From Minisyncoccota bacterium (GTDB lineage Bacteria; Patescibacteriota; Minisyncoccia; Phycocordibacterales; UBA6899), in contig DATEZQ010000003.1 of the NCBI GenBank assembly GCA_035583355.1, positions 1,844-65,843 on the forward strand: a stretch of 64,000 bases of DNA. The letters run 5' to 3'. Below the pieces are notes generated by a model, which saw nothing but the letters and a program-made list of their open reading frames with translations, was not told where the DNA came from and ran no database searches. A program made the position numbers and the translations under genes. Positions 17,454 through 27,064 of the stretch are shown here, one piece after another (the first letter of the stretch is position 1; each line of letters starts with the position of its first letter).

Positions 17454-19789
17454 GCGTCAATTTCATCAGGATCCATTCCGTGTTCAATAATATACGAGCG
17501 GTGTGCTTTGAGCTTCTCCTCATACTTTGCAACAATTCCCATTCCAAAGTCTCGTGCTATCCAGTCACGCTCCATGAGGGTTGTGAAGATATCAATTACG
17601 AGATGGTAACGACTTGTCTTGTTGCGCACATGCATATCAAATGGAGTAGTCGTTGAACCACTCTCAGAGTAGCCGTGCACATGGAAACGGTTCGGGTTTG
17701 ACTCATGAGGATTATCAAACAAGATTGCTTTCACCGCCTCGGTATAACCGTGGAAATTGAAAATGACTGGCTTATCCACCGTGAAGAAATCATGGAAGTG
17801 TGGGCGTGGTGGCACACAATCAGTTCCTCCGATTCCATTCAATGCCGAGAACTCGAGCACATTCACGAAACGCGTGCGCAATGTTGGATACTCGTCCTTT
17901 GCAAGCGAGATAGCAGCTAGTGCCTCCTTCACCATGTAACTACCTGAAGCAGCCATCACGATTTCTGGATTTTCATCACTTGCGAATTGCCACGTACTGA
18001 TTCCGTGTTTCAGCTCCTCCTTCGCTTCCGCATCAGTAAGCCATAGTGGTTCGTCGGTCTTTCCTGCTGCAATCACGTTGATCGAATTCTTTGATTCCAA
18101 GCAGTGCTGCATTACGAGTGCTGCAGAGTTTGCATCTGCGGGGAAATAAACGTGCACAAAATCTCCGTGACGAGAAAGCATATCCGAGATGAATCCTGGA
18201 TTCTGGTGTGAGAAGCCATTATGATCTTGGCGCCAACTTGATGACGTGAGGATATAGTTCGCAGAAGGACAATCGCCTCTCCATGGAAGCTCAAGACAGA
18301 TACGAAGATACTTCGCGTACTGATCCACCATGCTCGTAATCACCTGAACGAATGCTTCATATGAAGCGAGTACACCATGGCGACCGGTCAAAATATAACC
18401 CTGCATCATTCCCTGCATCGTATGCTCAGAGAGCATTTCATAGACATGTCCACCAGGAGCTAAGTCCTTATCCCATGGCTTTCGAGGCCAATTGAATGAA
18501 CGAGTCGTTGCCTTAAATACTGCATCGAGCTTATTCGAGTAGGTCTCATCTGGAGAAAAGAGTGAAATATTGCCTTGCTCCTTATTGGCCTTCATGACCT
18601 CTGCAAGATAGATACCTACTTGCTTCATCGAGCTTGCTACATCGATACCACGCTTATCCGTCGTCTTGAGCGCGACTTCAGGAAGTGTGAGCTTGAGCAA
18701 TTCACGAGTTGCAGTACATGCATGCTTGGTGCTTCCCATGCGCAAGTGCTCATTTGGCACAAGCGACATGATCTCATCGGTAAACTTCCCATCAACAAAG
18801 AGCTCATGGAAGTTATATGAGCGCATCCACGCCTCCACTGCCGCGCGCTGCTCGGGATCGGTGCGCGCCTCGAGTCCAACAACTTGGTGCGAGAGACAAT
18901 TATCCTCATACTTCTCACCCTGCAATTCCTTGATACCTGACCAGCCCTTTGGTGTACGCATCACAATCATTGGAAATCGCGGTGCAACCACCTCAACACC
19001 AGAGCGTGCTGCCTCTTGGATCATGCGAATTTCTTCGTATGCCTGGTCAAGCGCACGGATCATCTGTGCATCAACGTCGCCCTTATATTCATCAACGATC
19101 ATCGGAGCATAGCCATAGCCATGGAAGAGATCCATCAATTCCTCATCGCTCATACGTCCGAAGAATGTGGGACCTGAGATCTTGTAGCCATTTAAGTGGA
19201 GCACAGGGAGCACGGCACCATCCTTCTTTGGGCTAATGAGTTTATTTGCATGCCAAGCAGTCGCGAGCGGACCTGTCTCAGCTTCACCGTCTCCAACAAG
19301 ACAAGTAACGATCAGTTCGGGATTATCGAGCACCGCACCATATGATGATGCGAGTGAATAACCAAGTTCCCCACCCTCAAGAATCACTCCGGGAGTCTCA
19401 GGACTTGAGTGGCTCGGGAAGCCATATGGCCAACTAAACTTACGAGCAATCTCTGCGATGCCTGCTTCGTCACGAAGAATTGTTGGATGAAACTGTGTAA
19501 GCGAGCCCTCGAGAAAAACATTCGCCTGAAGTCCAGGAAAACCGTGTCCTGGTCCAAGGACGAACATCATGTCGACATTCTTCTCAATAATCAGACGATT
19601 AAGGTGCGCATAAAGGAAATTTATTCCTGGAACGCTTCCCCAGTGACCAAGCAATCGTGGCTTGATATGTTCTTCGCGAAGCGGCTCCGTGAGCATATAA
19701 TTTCCGCGTAAATAAATCTGAATGGCAGAGAGATAATTCGCGGCGCGAACATATTTCTGCAAACGAGCAATGGTGTCATTTTCAGTCAT
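17435..19789 (-). CDS. xfp: Xylulose-5-phosphate/fructose-6-phosphate phosphoketolase
   Basis: 784 aa, N-terminal RLLGHWGSVPGINFLYAHLNRLI phosphoketolase signature with TPP-binding regions; its 3' end overlaps the ackA start by 19 nt. Confidence 0.9.
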   Translation of the reverse strand: MTENDTIARLQKYVRAANYLSAIQIYLRGNYMLTEPLREEHIKPRLLGHWGSVPGINFLYAHLNRLIIEKNVDMMFVLGPGHGFPGLQANVFLEGSLTQFHPTILRDEAGIAEIARKFSWPYGFPSHSSPETPGVILEGGELGYSLASSYGAVLDNPELIVTCLVGDGEAETGPLATAWHANKLISPKKDGAVLPVLHLNGYKISGPTFFGRMSDEELMDLFHGYGYAPMIVDEYKGDVDAQMIRALDQAYEEIRMIQEAARSGVEVVAPRFPMIVMRTPKGWSGIKELQGEKYEDNCLSHQVVGLEARTDPEQRAAVEAWMRSYNFHELFVDGKFTDEIMSLVPNEHLRMGSTKHACTATRELLKLTLPEVALKTTDKRGIDVASSMKQVGIYLAEVMKANKEQGNISLFSPDETYSNKLDAVFKATTRSFNWPRKPWDKDLAPGGHVYEMLSEHTMQGMMQGYILTGRHGVLASYEAFVQVITSMVDQYAKYLRICLELPWRGDCPSANYILTSSSWRQDHNGFSHQNPGFISDMLSRHGDFVHVYFPADANSAALVMQHCLESKNSINVIAAGKTDEPLWLTDAEAKEELKHGISTWQFASDENPEIVMAASGSYMVKEALAAISLAKDEYPTLRTRFVNVLEFSALNGIGGTDCVPPRPHFHDFFTVDKPVIFNFHGYTEAVKAILFDNPHESNPNRFHVHGYSESGSTTTPFDMHVRNKTSRYHLVIDIFTTLMERDWIARDFGMGIVAKYEEKLKAHRSYIIEHGMDPDEIDAWTWNK

Positions 19790-19810
19790 GCGCCTATTTT
19801 ATCACAGAAA

Positions 19811-21328
19811 ATGAAAGAACTTGAACGAGCTAAATTCAAGATCGCACTGCTCTTTATTTGTAGAAACTATATTCGGTCGTTCTTTGACTTTTGTCCAAGA
19901 CGCTATAGTATGACAGCAGATTGTTCTCAGAAAGGAACTCCTATGAGCCTCACTGTTTCTCTCGTGCAGTACCCCTCGAACCCTGCAACGCAGATGGCCA
20001 AACATGCTGCCGGCGTATGCAAGAATCCGCACATCCCCCAAATGGGCGCCCCCGGCGTCGATGTGCGCAAGGGACTTTTCCAGGTCTCCCACCACACGAC
20101 CCTCGCGCATACGAACCTCACGTTCGCCATCGATGGCCTCTCCGTCAACGGCTTTACCTTCGGTGCACACCTCGCGAACATCTACTACAACAGCGATCAG
20201 CGTAGCGGAAGGTTCTGCAACGATATGTTCGGGAACCCCGATATCCTTGCGCTCGCTGAGCACATGCAGACGTACTGGAGCTTGGACACGAAACAACTCG
20301 AAGCGGCCCTCAACTTCATCAAGAAGGGTCTTCACCTCTATGCGTCACACCTCGACGAAAGCACACAGCTCATGAAGCTGTGGGCAAAAGAGGAACGTCC
20401 GTACATAAAGACCGACATGCTCGAAAAGAGCGGGGCGCGCAACTTCGCACAGGAACAACTGCGCATGCTTGTCCCGACGATATTCCCAAGCGGGACCGAT
20501 ATCACACTCAGCCTCACGGCCATCTTTTCGCTGTGGCACACCGCGCACTCTCCGGAGATGCGTGCGCTCACTGATAAGATGCGTGACATCGTACTCGAAC
20601 TCTGGCCCGATATCGACTATATGTTCGACGAGAAATCACGTCGTGCATATGATTTCGTTCCGAAGTTCGAAGGAGCTCCGCACCTCACGAGCGACCCCGT
20701 CGCTCGGTTCATTGGGCACACGGGCGACTTCGGAAAGATCATCGTCCCTGACGAGGAAGACATGTCCCCTGTGGACCTGCTCCCTTATCGTCCCAAGTAC
20801 ATGGACAACAATGGTATCGAAGTCCATTCGGAAATCGAATACTCTGTTGCAACCATGGGGCAAGACCAGAGGCATCGCTCGATCCGCCGCACGGAACCTC
20901 GTTTTACGGGTGGCTTCTATATGCCCCCCGTCATCGAGGCGTGCGTCCCCAAGGACATCGTCCTTGCGTACATGGAAGAATGGTACGCCCTGCGTACACT
21001 TCTCCCCGAGAGTCTCGTGCTCGCACTTGCTCCGTATGGCGCAGTGGTGCAGTACCGCAAGTTCGCCCCGATCAATGCGTTCGCGCATGAGCAAGCCAAG
21101 CGTGCCTGCAAGCTCGCGCAAGGAGAGATTCGCAAAGGAGCACTCCTCCTTCGCGAATCCATTCTGGCTTCAGGTGTGCCCAATGCAGCAATCGCAGCAG
21201 AGCTCATCGGCTCACCCTGCTGCCGCAACGGCGGCACCTGCACCGAAGGGCTTTACTACTGTGGTATCAGTCTTGCCGCGATTCGTAGCGGAGACCTTTC
21301 AGCCTGCTTCGGTCCGTTCAAAGTGTAA
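19811..21328 (+). CDS. ThyX-like (flavin-dependent thymidylate synthase-like) domain protein, divergent and about twice normal ThyX length; function uncertain
   Basis: HHTTLAHTNLTFAIDGLSVNGFTFGAHLANIYYNSDQRSGRF aligns to the ThyX core HETPFEH..FTF....RHR..S..SxRY but with the first RHR replaced by LAN; a second RHR-containing stretch QDQRHRSIRRTE lies downstream. The real start may be an internal Met (MTADC or MSLTVSL). Confidence 0.4.
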   Translation: MKELERAKFKIALLFICRNYIRSFFDFCPRRYSMTADCSQKGTPMSLTVSLVQYPSNPATQMAKHAAGVCKNPHIPQMGAPGVDVRKGLFQVSHHTTLAHTNLTFAIDGLSVNGFTFGAHLANIYYNSDQRSGRFCNDMFGNPDILALAEHMQTYWSLDTKQLEAALNFIKKGLHLYASHLDESTQLMKLWAKEERPYIKTDMLEKSGARNFAQEQLRMLVPTIFPSGTDITLSLTAIFSLWHTAHSPEMRALTDKMRDIVLELWPDIDYMFDEKSRRAYDFVPKFEGAPHLTSDPVARFIGHTGDFGKIIVPDEEDMSPVDLLPYRPKYMDNNGIEVHSEIEYSVATMGQDQRHRSIRRTEPRFTGGFYMPPVIEACVPKDIVLAYMEEWYALRTLLPESLVLALAPYGAVVQYRKFAPINAFAHEQAKRACKLAQGEIRKGALLLRESILASGVPNAAIAAELIGSPCCRNGGTCTEGLYYCGISLAAIRSGDLSACFGPFKV

Positions 21329-21393
21329 GCATCAAAACAATGCACTCGCCCTTCGGGGCGAGTTTTCATTAAAAAATCCGTCATGCGGATTTT

Positions 21394-22893
21394 TTAATTA
21401 AGCAGCTGCTCTTTAATAAGCTTCATCTCTTCCACCTTTGCGGCGAGATCGGAAGTTGCGGCATACACAGCTTCTACTCCATTTTGTGATCCATAGAAGA
21501 AGTGTGTTCCCGCATACTCTCTAATCGCAGCGAGGTCATCCTCAGCATGCCTGCTCCCGATAACAACAAAGCCGATCTTACGAGTTCCGAATTCACTGAC
21601 TGGCAAATCATAGAGCGAGAGCGAATTCGACGTTCCATCCTTTTCCTTAACGAGCAGTCCGCCTTGGAATCGCGAATCGAGCAGCCACGCATTTTTGTTC
21701 TTCCAAGAAAAACGTGCCTGCCCGAATGGCTCAAATGAATGCTCTTCAGTAAGTGTCGCCTTCATGAGGAAACTCTTTTGAGTATCTGAGTATGAAAGTA
21801 ATTTTGCGAGATCTCGTGGTGTTGTTGTCGATACAGTGAGGCTCGTGCCTCCACTCCACTCTGTGCTCATCATCCCGATTGCCTTCGACTTCTCATTCAT
21901 GTAGTTGCGAAATACTTTTTCTCCGCGTAACTTTACAATTCCTTTTGCGGCAATATCGCTTCCATCAAAGAGGAGTGGGTAAAGCAATGCGCCAACTTGC
22001 ACAGCACCGACATCGGTTGCTCTTGCGCTCGCAACATCTTTTCCCTTCACTAATTTTTCAAAATCAATATATTTATATTGATCGATTGTCTCCACTGAGA
22101 CAAGTGCAGTCATGAGCGCGACGAGTCGCCCCGGATGCACCAGCGCGTCCTCACCATGACTCCAGAGCACTTGACCTGTCTCTTCATCAAACACCGAAAA
22201 TGCCTGTGCACTCACCTCGGGAAGCGCTCCCGTATCACGCATATAGTAGCGCATCTCGTTGCTTGGAAGCGGAAGTGTACCACCCGTTACGTGCATGCGG
22301 GTATTCACACGCACAAGACCGAAAAGTTTTTCGGCATCGGGAGTCGAGAGCCTGATACACCCACCAGAATACCCCTTAGGAACATCCGTACCATCCTGAT
22401 AGGTCGGCCATCCGTGAATAAAGAAATTTCCGTAAAATTGCATGCTCCATGGCATCCACGTATTCCCAATCGAAGACAAATGCTTTGTCTCCTTCGTCTT
22501 CACCGCATAGTCACCTGCAGGTGTCTCCCAAAATGTCCCTGGACGACCTATTGAAAGAATAGAAAATGACGCAACGGTTGTTGTCCCCTCAGTGACTATA
22601 AGCGTTTTCGCATCAAGGTTCACACTGATCTCACGCTCATCAGACACCGGGGCATCAATAACATTACTTCGACCATCGAATAATACAGAGAGTGCAGCAA
22701 AATCTTTAAGTGATATTTGATTTGGAGGTAATGCTGCAGTATTGGTCGCAGGAGCACTGCCGACGGCTGCTGCAGTCATCTGCGCACCATGAACATTCGG
22801 AAGAGCAGAGGCAAAAGCGATAGCAAAAGCCGCACCAGAGCAAAGCGCCCCAGAGAGCATGAACAATTTTGCATGTGTTGGTGCAGTGCGCAT
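21394..22893 (-). CDS. Secreted L,D-transpeptidase (YkuD domain) fused to a degenerate D-Ala-D-Ala carboxypeptidase (DacA/S11-like) domain
   Basis: Signal peptide; YkuD catalytic motif FYGNFFIHGW...GYSGGCIRL. The C-terminal half has DacA-like landmarks (MNEKSKAIGMMSTEW, TTTPRDLAKLL, KNKNAWLL), but the SxxK site reads PGRLVALMT, so both the Ser and the Lys are lost. Confidence 0.65.
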   Translation of the reverse strand: MRTAPTHAKLFMLSGALCSGAAFAIAFASALPNVHGAQMTAAAVGSAPATNTAALPPNQISLKDFAALSVLFDGRSNVIDAPVSDEREISVNLDAKTLIVTEGTTTVASFSILSIGRPGTFWETPAGDYAVKTKETKHLSSIGNTWMPWSMQFYGNFFIHGWPTYQDGTDVPKGYSGGCIRLSTPDAEKLFGLVRVNTRMHVTGGTLPLPSNEMRYYMRDTGALPEVSAQAFSVFDEETGQVLWSHGEDALVHPGRLVALMTALVSVETIDQYKYIDFEKLVKGKDVASARATDVGAVQVGALLYPLLFDGSDIAAKGIVKLRGEKVFRNYMNEKSKAIGMMSTEWSGGTSLTVSTTTPRDLAKLLSYSDTQKSFLMKATLTEEHSFEPFGQARFSWKNKNAWLLDSRFQGGLLVKEKDGTSNSLSLYDLPVSEFGTRKIGFVVIGSRHAEDDLAAIREYAGTHFFYGSQNGVEAVYAATSDLAAKVEEMKLIKEQLLN

Positions 22894-23030
22894 GAAAAGT
22901 ATCAGTCGCGGAAAGCGGCCACTTATCTAGAGTTTACATGGTATTGATGCCCCACACAAACTGTGGATAACATATATATTTCAAATAGATTGGTGTACAA
23001 TATGCACATATAAGCAAATAACCATAGTAT

Positions 23031-23468
23031 ATGCATAAACATTTACTTCCCTATCGCGACAACTTCTTCGAAGATTTTTTCACCGGGGACATGCGTCTCC
23101 CAAGTCTATTCGAGGAGCGCACCGGTAGACTCCTTGGATTCCCTCGCATTGATGTACGCGATGAAGCAAAGCATCTCGTCGTCACTGCAAACATCCCTGG
23201 CATAGCAGCAAAAGACGTACATATTGACGTTGAAGATAATATGCTCACCCTCAGCGGAAGCGTCTCGCGCGAAGAAGAGGAGGGTAAAAAAGATTCGGAC
23301 TACTATCGCATGGAGCGAGAAGAAGGGTCTTTTGCTCGCACAATCACACTTCCTACTGGAGTAGATCGTAGTGGCATTGAAGCGAAAACGAAAAATGGTG
23401 TACTCACAATCATCCTTCCGAAAAAATCAGAGGAACAAAAATCGAGAATCAACATCAGAGAAGAATAA
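23031..23468 (+). CDS. Hsp20/alpha-crystallin family small heat shock protein
   Basis: PRIDVRDEAKHLVVTANIPGIAAKDVHIDVEDNMLTLSG...GVLTIILPK alpha-crystallin domain. Confidence 0.9.
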   Translation: MHKHLLPYRDNFFEDFFTGDMRLPSLFEERTGRLLGFPRIDVRDEAKHLVVTANIPGIAAKDVHIDVEDNMLTLSGSVSREEEEGKKDSDYYRMEREEGSFARTITLPTGVDRSGIEAKTKNGVLTIILPKKSEEQKSRINIREE

Positions 23469-23471
23469 GAA

Positions 23472-23500
23472 AACCGCCGGCCCGAGGCCGGCGGCGTTGT
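23472..23500. terminator. Rho-independent terminator (bidirectional, GC-rich stem)
   Basis: ccgccggcc-cgag-gccggcgg hairpin followed by a T-rich tract, between convergent hsp20 (+) and the 23501-24217 (-) gene. Confidence 0.7.
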
Positions 23501-24217
23501 TTACTTGTGCACTGCGATGAACAGCGCTCCGTGCGTGTTCTTCTCACTCGCACCTTCACGGATGATGTCGAATTGCATCACCTCGGGAAGGGATTCGGTG
23601 CCTGTGGCTGAGACAATATCTCCGAGCATGAAGCGAGCCTCATGGATCCCGGAGACACTCTCGACAAGCGGGACCGTGACGGTCTTGCCGAAGAGTTCCG
23701 TGCGCAGCATGAGCTTTGCACCCGCCTCAGCATTCACCGTCGCAGTGATCTCACTCACTGCATAACGCTCCGCCCGAATGGACTCCGTACCCGATGCGCT
23801 CGTCACGATTGACTTCGCAGATTCGGTCAGCTCGCCTTGCACGGAAGAGCCGACCCACCTGTTCTGCGTGACGACGTGGACATTGTCCGCACCCTGCACG
23901 GAACCCATCGTGAACTGCGTCCCCACGAGCGAACCGCCCGAGTTGCAGTAGATGGTCTGAATGCTGTAGCCACCCGAAAGCGTAATGCTGAAGGTAGGCC
24001 GGTCGCCATAGTTCACCCGCACGCTGGTCGGACTGATCGCCGCGCCCGTGTCGCACTGCGTGCTCACGAGAATGGGTTTGTCGAGAGCAGAGTCATCATG
24101 ACCCCTGCTGCCGGAGCACGCTGAAAAGGTGAGCAGAAGCAGCACGGAAACCAAGGAAGAGGCCGTATTTCGATTGATGCGCACGAGCGCCCCCTGTAAA
24201 GAAGTTGTCCTAGACAA
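23501..24217 (-). CDS. Hypothetical secreted protein / possible lipoprotein, in a GC-rich patch
   Basis: N-terminal hydrophobic leader ending LLLTFSACSG (imperfect lipobox), Ser/Thr/Gly-rich mature part. Local GC is visibly above the window average. Confidence 0.45.
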   Translation of the reverse strand: MSRTTSLQGALVRINRNTASSLVSVLLLLTFSACSGSRGHDDSALDKPILVSTQCDTGAAISPTSVRVNYGDRPTFSITLSGGYSIQTIYCNSGGSLVGTQFTMGSVQGADNVHVVTQNRWVGSSVQGELTESAKSIVTSASGTESIRAERYAVSEITATVNAEAGAKLMLRTELFGKTVTVPLVESVSGIHEARFMLGDIVSATGTESLPEVMQFDIIREGASEKNTHGALFIAVHK

Positions 24218-24274
24218 TATCTAACACATGTGTTCATATTTTGCAAGACAAAAAACAGGGTCTCCCCTGTTTTT

Positions 24275-25657
24275 CTAGTAAAAGAGTGAAATTATTGCCG
24301 CAACGCCAGCGACTGACATCATGCCGATCGTCACCCACCCAAGCGTGCTGAGGAGCCTGCTGTTTGCGTACTCACCCATGATTTCCTTGCTACTGCTTAT
24401 CTTCACAATGAAAACAAGAGCTATCGGCGCAACGATGCCGTTTGCAACTGCGGAATAGATAAGTGCTTTCATTGGATCAAGTCCGATGAAATTCAATCCG
24501 ATTCCAATAACCACAGAAACAATGATGACGCCATAGAATGCATACGCCTCTTTGAGCTTGCGGTAGAGACCGTGCTTAAAACCGAAACTCTCAGAAATAG
24601 CATACGCGCTCGAACCCGCAAGCACGGGGATCGCGAGCATACCAACGCCTACGATACCAATGGCGAAGAGATAGAAAGCCAGATCGCCCGCAAATGGTCG
24701 TAGTGCCTCGGCTGCGTCTGCCGCAGTTGCAATGTTCGTCACCCCATGCGTGAAGAGGGTACCCGCACATGCAGCGATAATGAAGAACATGACAAGATTC
24801 GAAAAGAACATTCCACTCACCACATCTTTACGCATCTTCTTGATCGTTCCTGGTTCGATATTCTGCTGCCAAAGATTTTCATCTTCCTTTCCCTGCAAAT
24901 TCTGTTCTTCGACTTCTTGTGCAGTTTGCCAGAAGAAAAGATAAGGAGAAATCGTTGTACCCAAGATGGCGCAGACCAGAAGAATTTGATCCTTATCAAA
25001 GGTCATGGAAGGCATCGCAAGGTGCCTAAATACATCTGGCCAGTTCAGTTCACTCATGAGTGCAGCAAAGATATATGCGAGAAGAGTGAATGAAAGATAT
25101 TTCAAAATCTTCGCGTACCGCGCATATGTGGTAAAAATTTGGAGCAACGCACTCACAACACCAAAACCAATCACAAGAAGAGCGAAACTCATCTTTGGGA
25201 ATATGAGCTGCACTCCCTGCGCCATCGCACCAAAATCCGCACCGATGTTGAATGTATTCGCAATAAGAAGCACTGATGTAATAAGATACAGTGTCCAGCG
25301 GGGATAGTTCTTGCGAATATTCGCTGCAAGGCCATGACCCGTCACCAGCCCAATGCGTGCACACATTTCCTGCACTGTAGCCATGAATGGAAACGAAAAG
25401 GCAGAAAGCCAAATGAGCTGTGGTCCATACTGCGCACCTGTTTGAGAATAGGTCGCAATTCCTGATGGATCATCATCTGCGGCGCCCGTAGTGAGACCCG
25501 GACCGATCGTCTCCCAGTATTCTTCCGCAACCTTGAATGGTTTTTTACTAATGAGCATCTGCTCCTCTTTTTGGATGAACTCTATGCCTTCATCGAGCAG
25601 CTTCGAGGGTTCCTCAAAAGCTTTCTCGAGTGCATGTTCGAATTGTTCTTCGTTCAT
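24275..25657 (-). CDS. mntH: NRAMP-family divalent metal cation transporter
   Basis: GPGLTTGAADDDPSGIATYSQTGAQYG (NRAMP DPGN-type motif), about 11 predicted TM segments. Confidence 0.85.
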   Translation of the reverse strand: MNEEQFEHALEKAFEEPSKLLDEGIEFIQKEEQMLISKKPFKVAEEYWETIGPGLTTGAADDDPSGIATYSQTGAQYGPQLIWLSAFSFPFMATVQEMCARIGLVTGHGLAANIRKNYPRWTLYLITSVLLIANTFNIGADFGAMAQGVQLIFPKMSFALLVIGFGVVSALLQIFTTYARYAKILKYLSFTLLAYIFAALMSELNWPDVFRHLAMPSMTFDKDQILLVCAILGTTISPYLFFWQTAQEVEEQNLQGKEDENLWQQNIEPGTIKKMRKDVVSGMFFSNLVMFFIIAACAGTLFTHGVTNIATAADAAEALRPFAGDLAFYLFAIGIVGVGMLAIPVLAGSSAYAISESFGFKHGLYRKLKEAYAFYGVIIVSVVIGIGLNFIGLDPMKALIYSAVANGIVAPIALVFIVKISSSKEIMGEYANSRLLSTLGWVTIGMMSVAGVAAIISLFY

Positions 25658-25702
25658 AATATGTTTGCTTCATCATATCATAAAACGCCGTAAACAGGCG
25701 TT

Positions 25703-26272
25703 TTAGAGCTCGCGAATCAATGTACGCTTATAATCCTCATCTTTCAAAATACTGATGCCCCGCAATTCCAGTGGCGCAAAATCAGACCAAGAATATATAG
25801 TGATATGCGTCAGAGGAACTTCAAAACTTGGCCCAAGCAGCGCAGAGAGTCCATGGTAATACTGCTCGATCCCCGGCACATGCACGCGCTCAACAATAGC
25901 GCGACGAATATGCGGAGGGACATCACTTTTCCCCGCCTCCATGAGTCGCTCTCTTGTATAAATTTCCTCATGTAACGAGTATCTTCCAAGGCGCTCATAT
26001 GACCAATCTTGCGCTTTCGCCAATGTCTCTAGATTTTGTAATGTTTCATTAAATTGCTGGAACTCTTCAACCAAATCATGTACGCGTCGTGCATTATCGG
26101 ACACAACGATACTAATATGAAATTCTGATTTCAGTGTTAATCCATTTGAAGCGCCAACCACCTTGATCTCCTCGGGTATTTCCAAATGTGCAACACCAAG
26201 CATGAGGGTGCAGTCGTGGCTATTGAACTTGATTTGCGTCGGTAATAACATAACAATCATTATAGCAAACAA
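25703..26272 (-). CDS. Hypothetical protein
   Basis: ORF only; no motif recognised. The real start may be an internal Met. Confidence 0.35.
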   Translation of the reverse strand: MFAIMIVMLLPTQIKFNSHDCTLMLGVAHLEIPEEIKVVGASNGLTLKSEFHISIVVSDNARRVHDLVEEFQQFNETLQNLETLAKAQDWSYERLGRYSLHEEIYTRERLMEAGKSDVPPHIRRAIVERVHVPGIEQYYHGLSALLGPSFEVPLTHITIYSWSDFAPLELRGISILKDEDYKRTLIREL

Positions 26273-26297
26273 AAAAGAGGCACTCGCCTCTTTGTTG

Positions 26298-26993
26298 CTA
26301 TTCCACTACACGGACTATTCGTGCAGATTTTTCTGCCTTTTTTATAGTAACACTCTCCCCCGTTTCAAGTGCAATAACCTCCTCCTGATTGTCCGCATAG
26401 ATATTTGCGGGGCCTCGCGTCAGCTTGAGGACGACGGTGCGTTGCTCCGCAAGTACGACATGATCCGCTTGCTCTGTACTATTATTGAAAGCGAGCCCGA
26501 TTCCTGTCTCGAAATAACTATCGGTAATACTACGATAATAACCCGTTGACCCAAATGGTGTCGCAACCACCACTCCGTCACCAATGACTTCATGAAGCTC
26601 CATACTCCCATCAACGGTGATCTTATAGCGAATACCGTGACGCGGATCAGTATTGTGGACGGTAATGTCATTAAGACCAATCAATGTTTTCCCTTTTGCC
26701 TGCGCCTCGAGCTTCCATACATCGGCAATGTGATACTCACCATCGCGTACGCGACGCAAAACTTCTTCATTTTCAAAAGTTCCTGAACCAAACTTACACA
26801 TCTTGCAAATATTACTATCACGCAGCACGATCTTCGGAATTTCAGGATACATAAACTCTGAGAGTATGAGCGTGCCATCCCCTCCAAAACTAATGACAAA
26901 GTCAGGGTTATTTTCCACAATTGTAAAATCATATTTTTTCACGAGATCCGTGATATTTTCTGGATGATTTCCAAATATCAATGCTTTCATCAC
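26298..26993 (-). CDS. nadK: NAD+ kinase
   Basis: GGDGTLI and DGSMELHEVIGDGVVVATPFGSTGYYRS motifs (GGDG / NE/D...TAYS). Confidence 0.85.
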   Translation of the reverse strand: MMKALIFGNHPENITDLVKKYDFTIVENNPDFVISFGGDGTLILSEFMYPEIPKIVLRDSNICKMCKFGSGTFENEEVLRRVRDGEYHIADVWKLEAQAKGKTLIGLNDITVHNTDPRHGIRYKITVDGSMELHEVIGDGVVVATPFGSTGYYRSITDSYFETGIGLAFNNSTEQADHVVLAEQRTVVLKLTRGPANIYADNQEEVIALETGESVTIKKAEKSARIVRVVE

Positions 26994-27064
26994 TTAAGAA
27001 TAACATCCGCAAGGAGAACAGCAACGCGTGCCGAAATGTCTATAATATATGGTATTATTTACTC

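Noticed and set aside
19802-20335. 177 aa minus-strand ORF opposite the start of the ThyX-like gene (also 20469-21401 +, 20636-21121 -, 20917-21243 -)
   Set aside because: These are antisense or alternative-frame ORFs within a gene that has a ThyX-core alignment. They are Arg/Ser/Pro-rich with no motifs.
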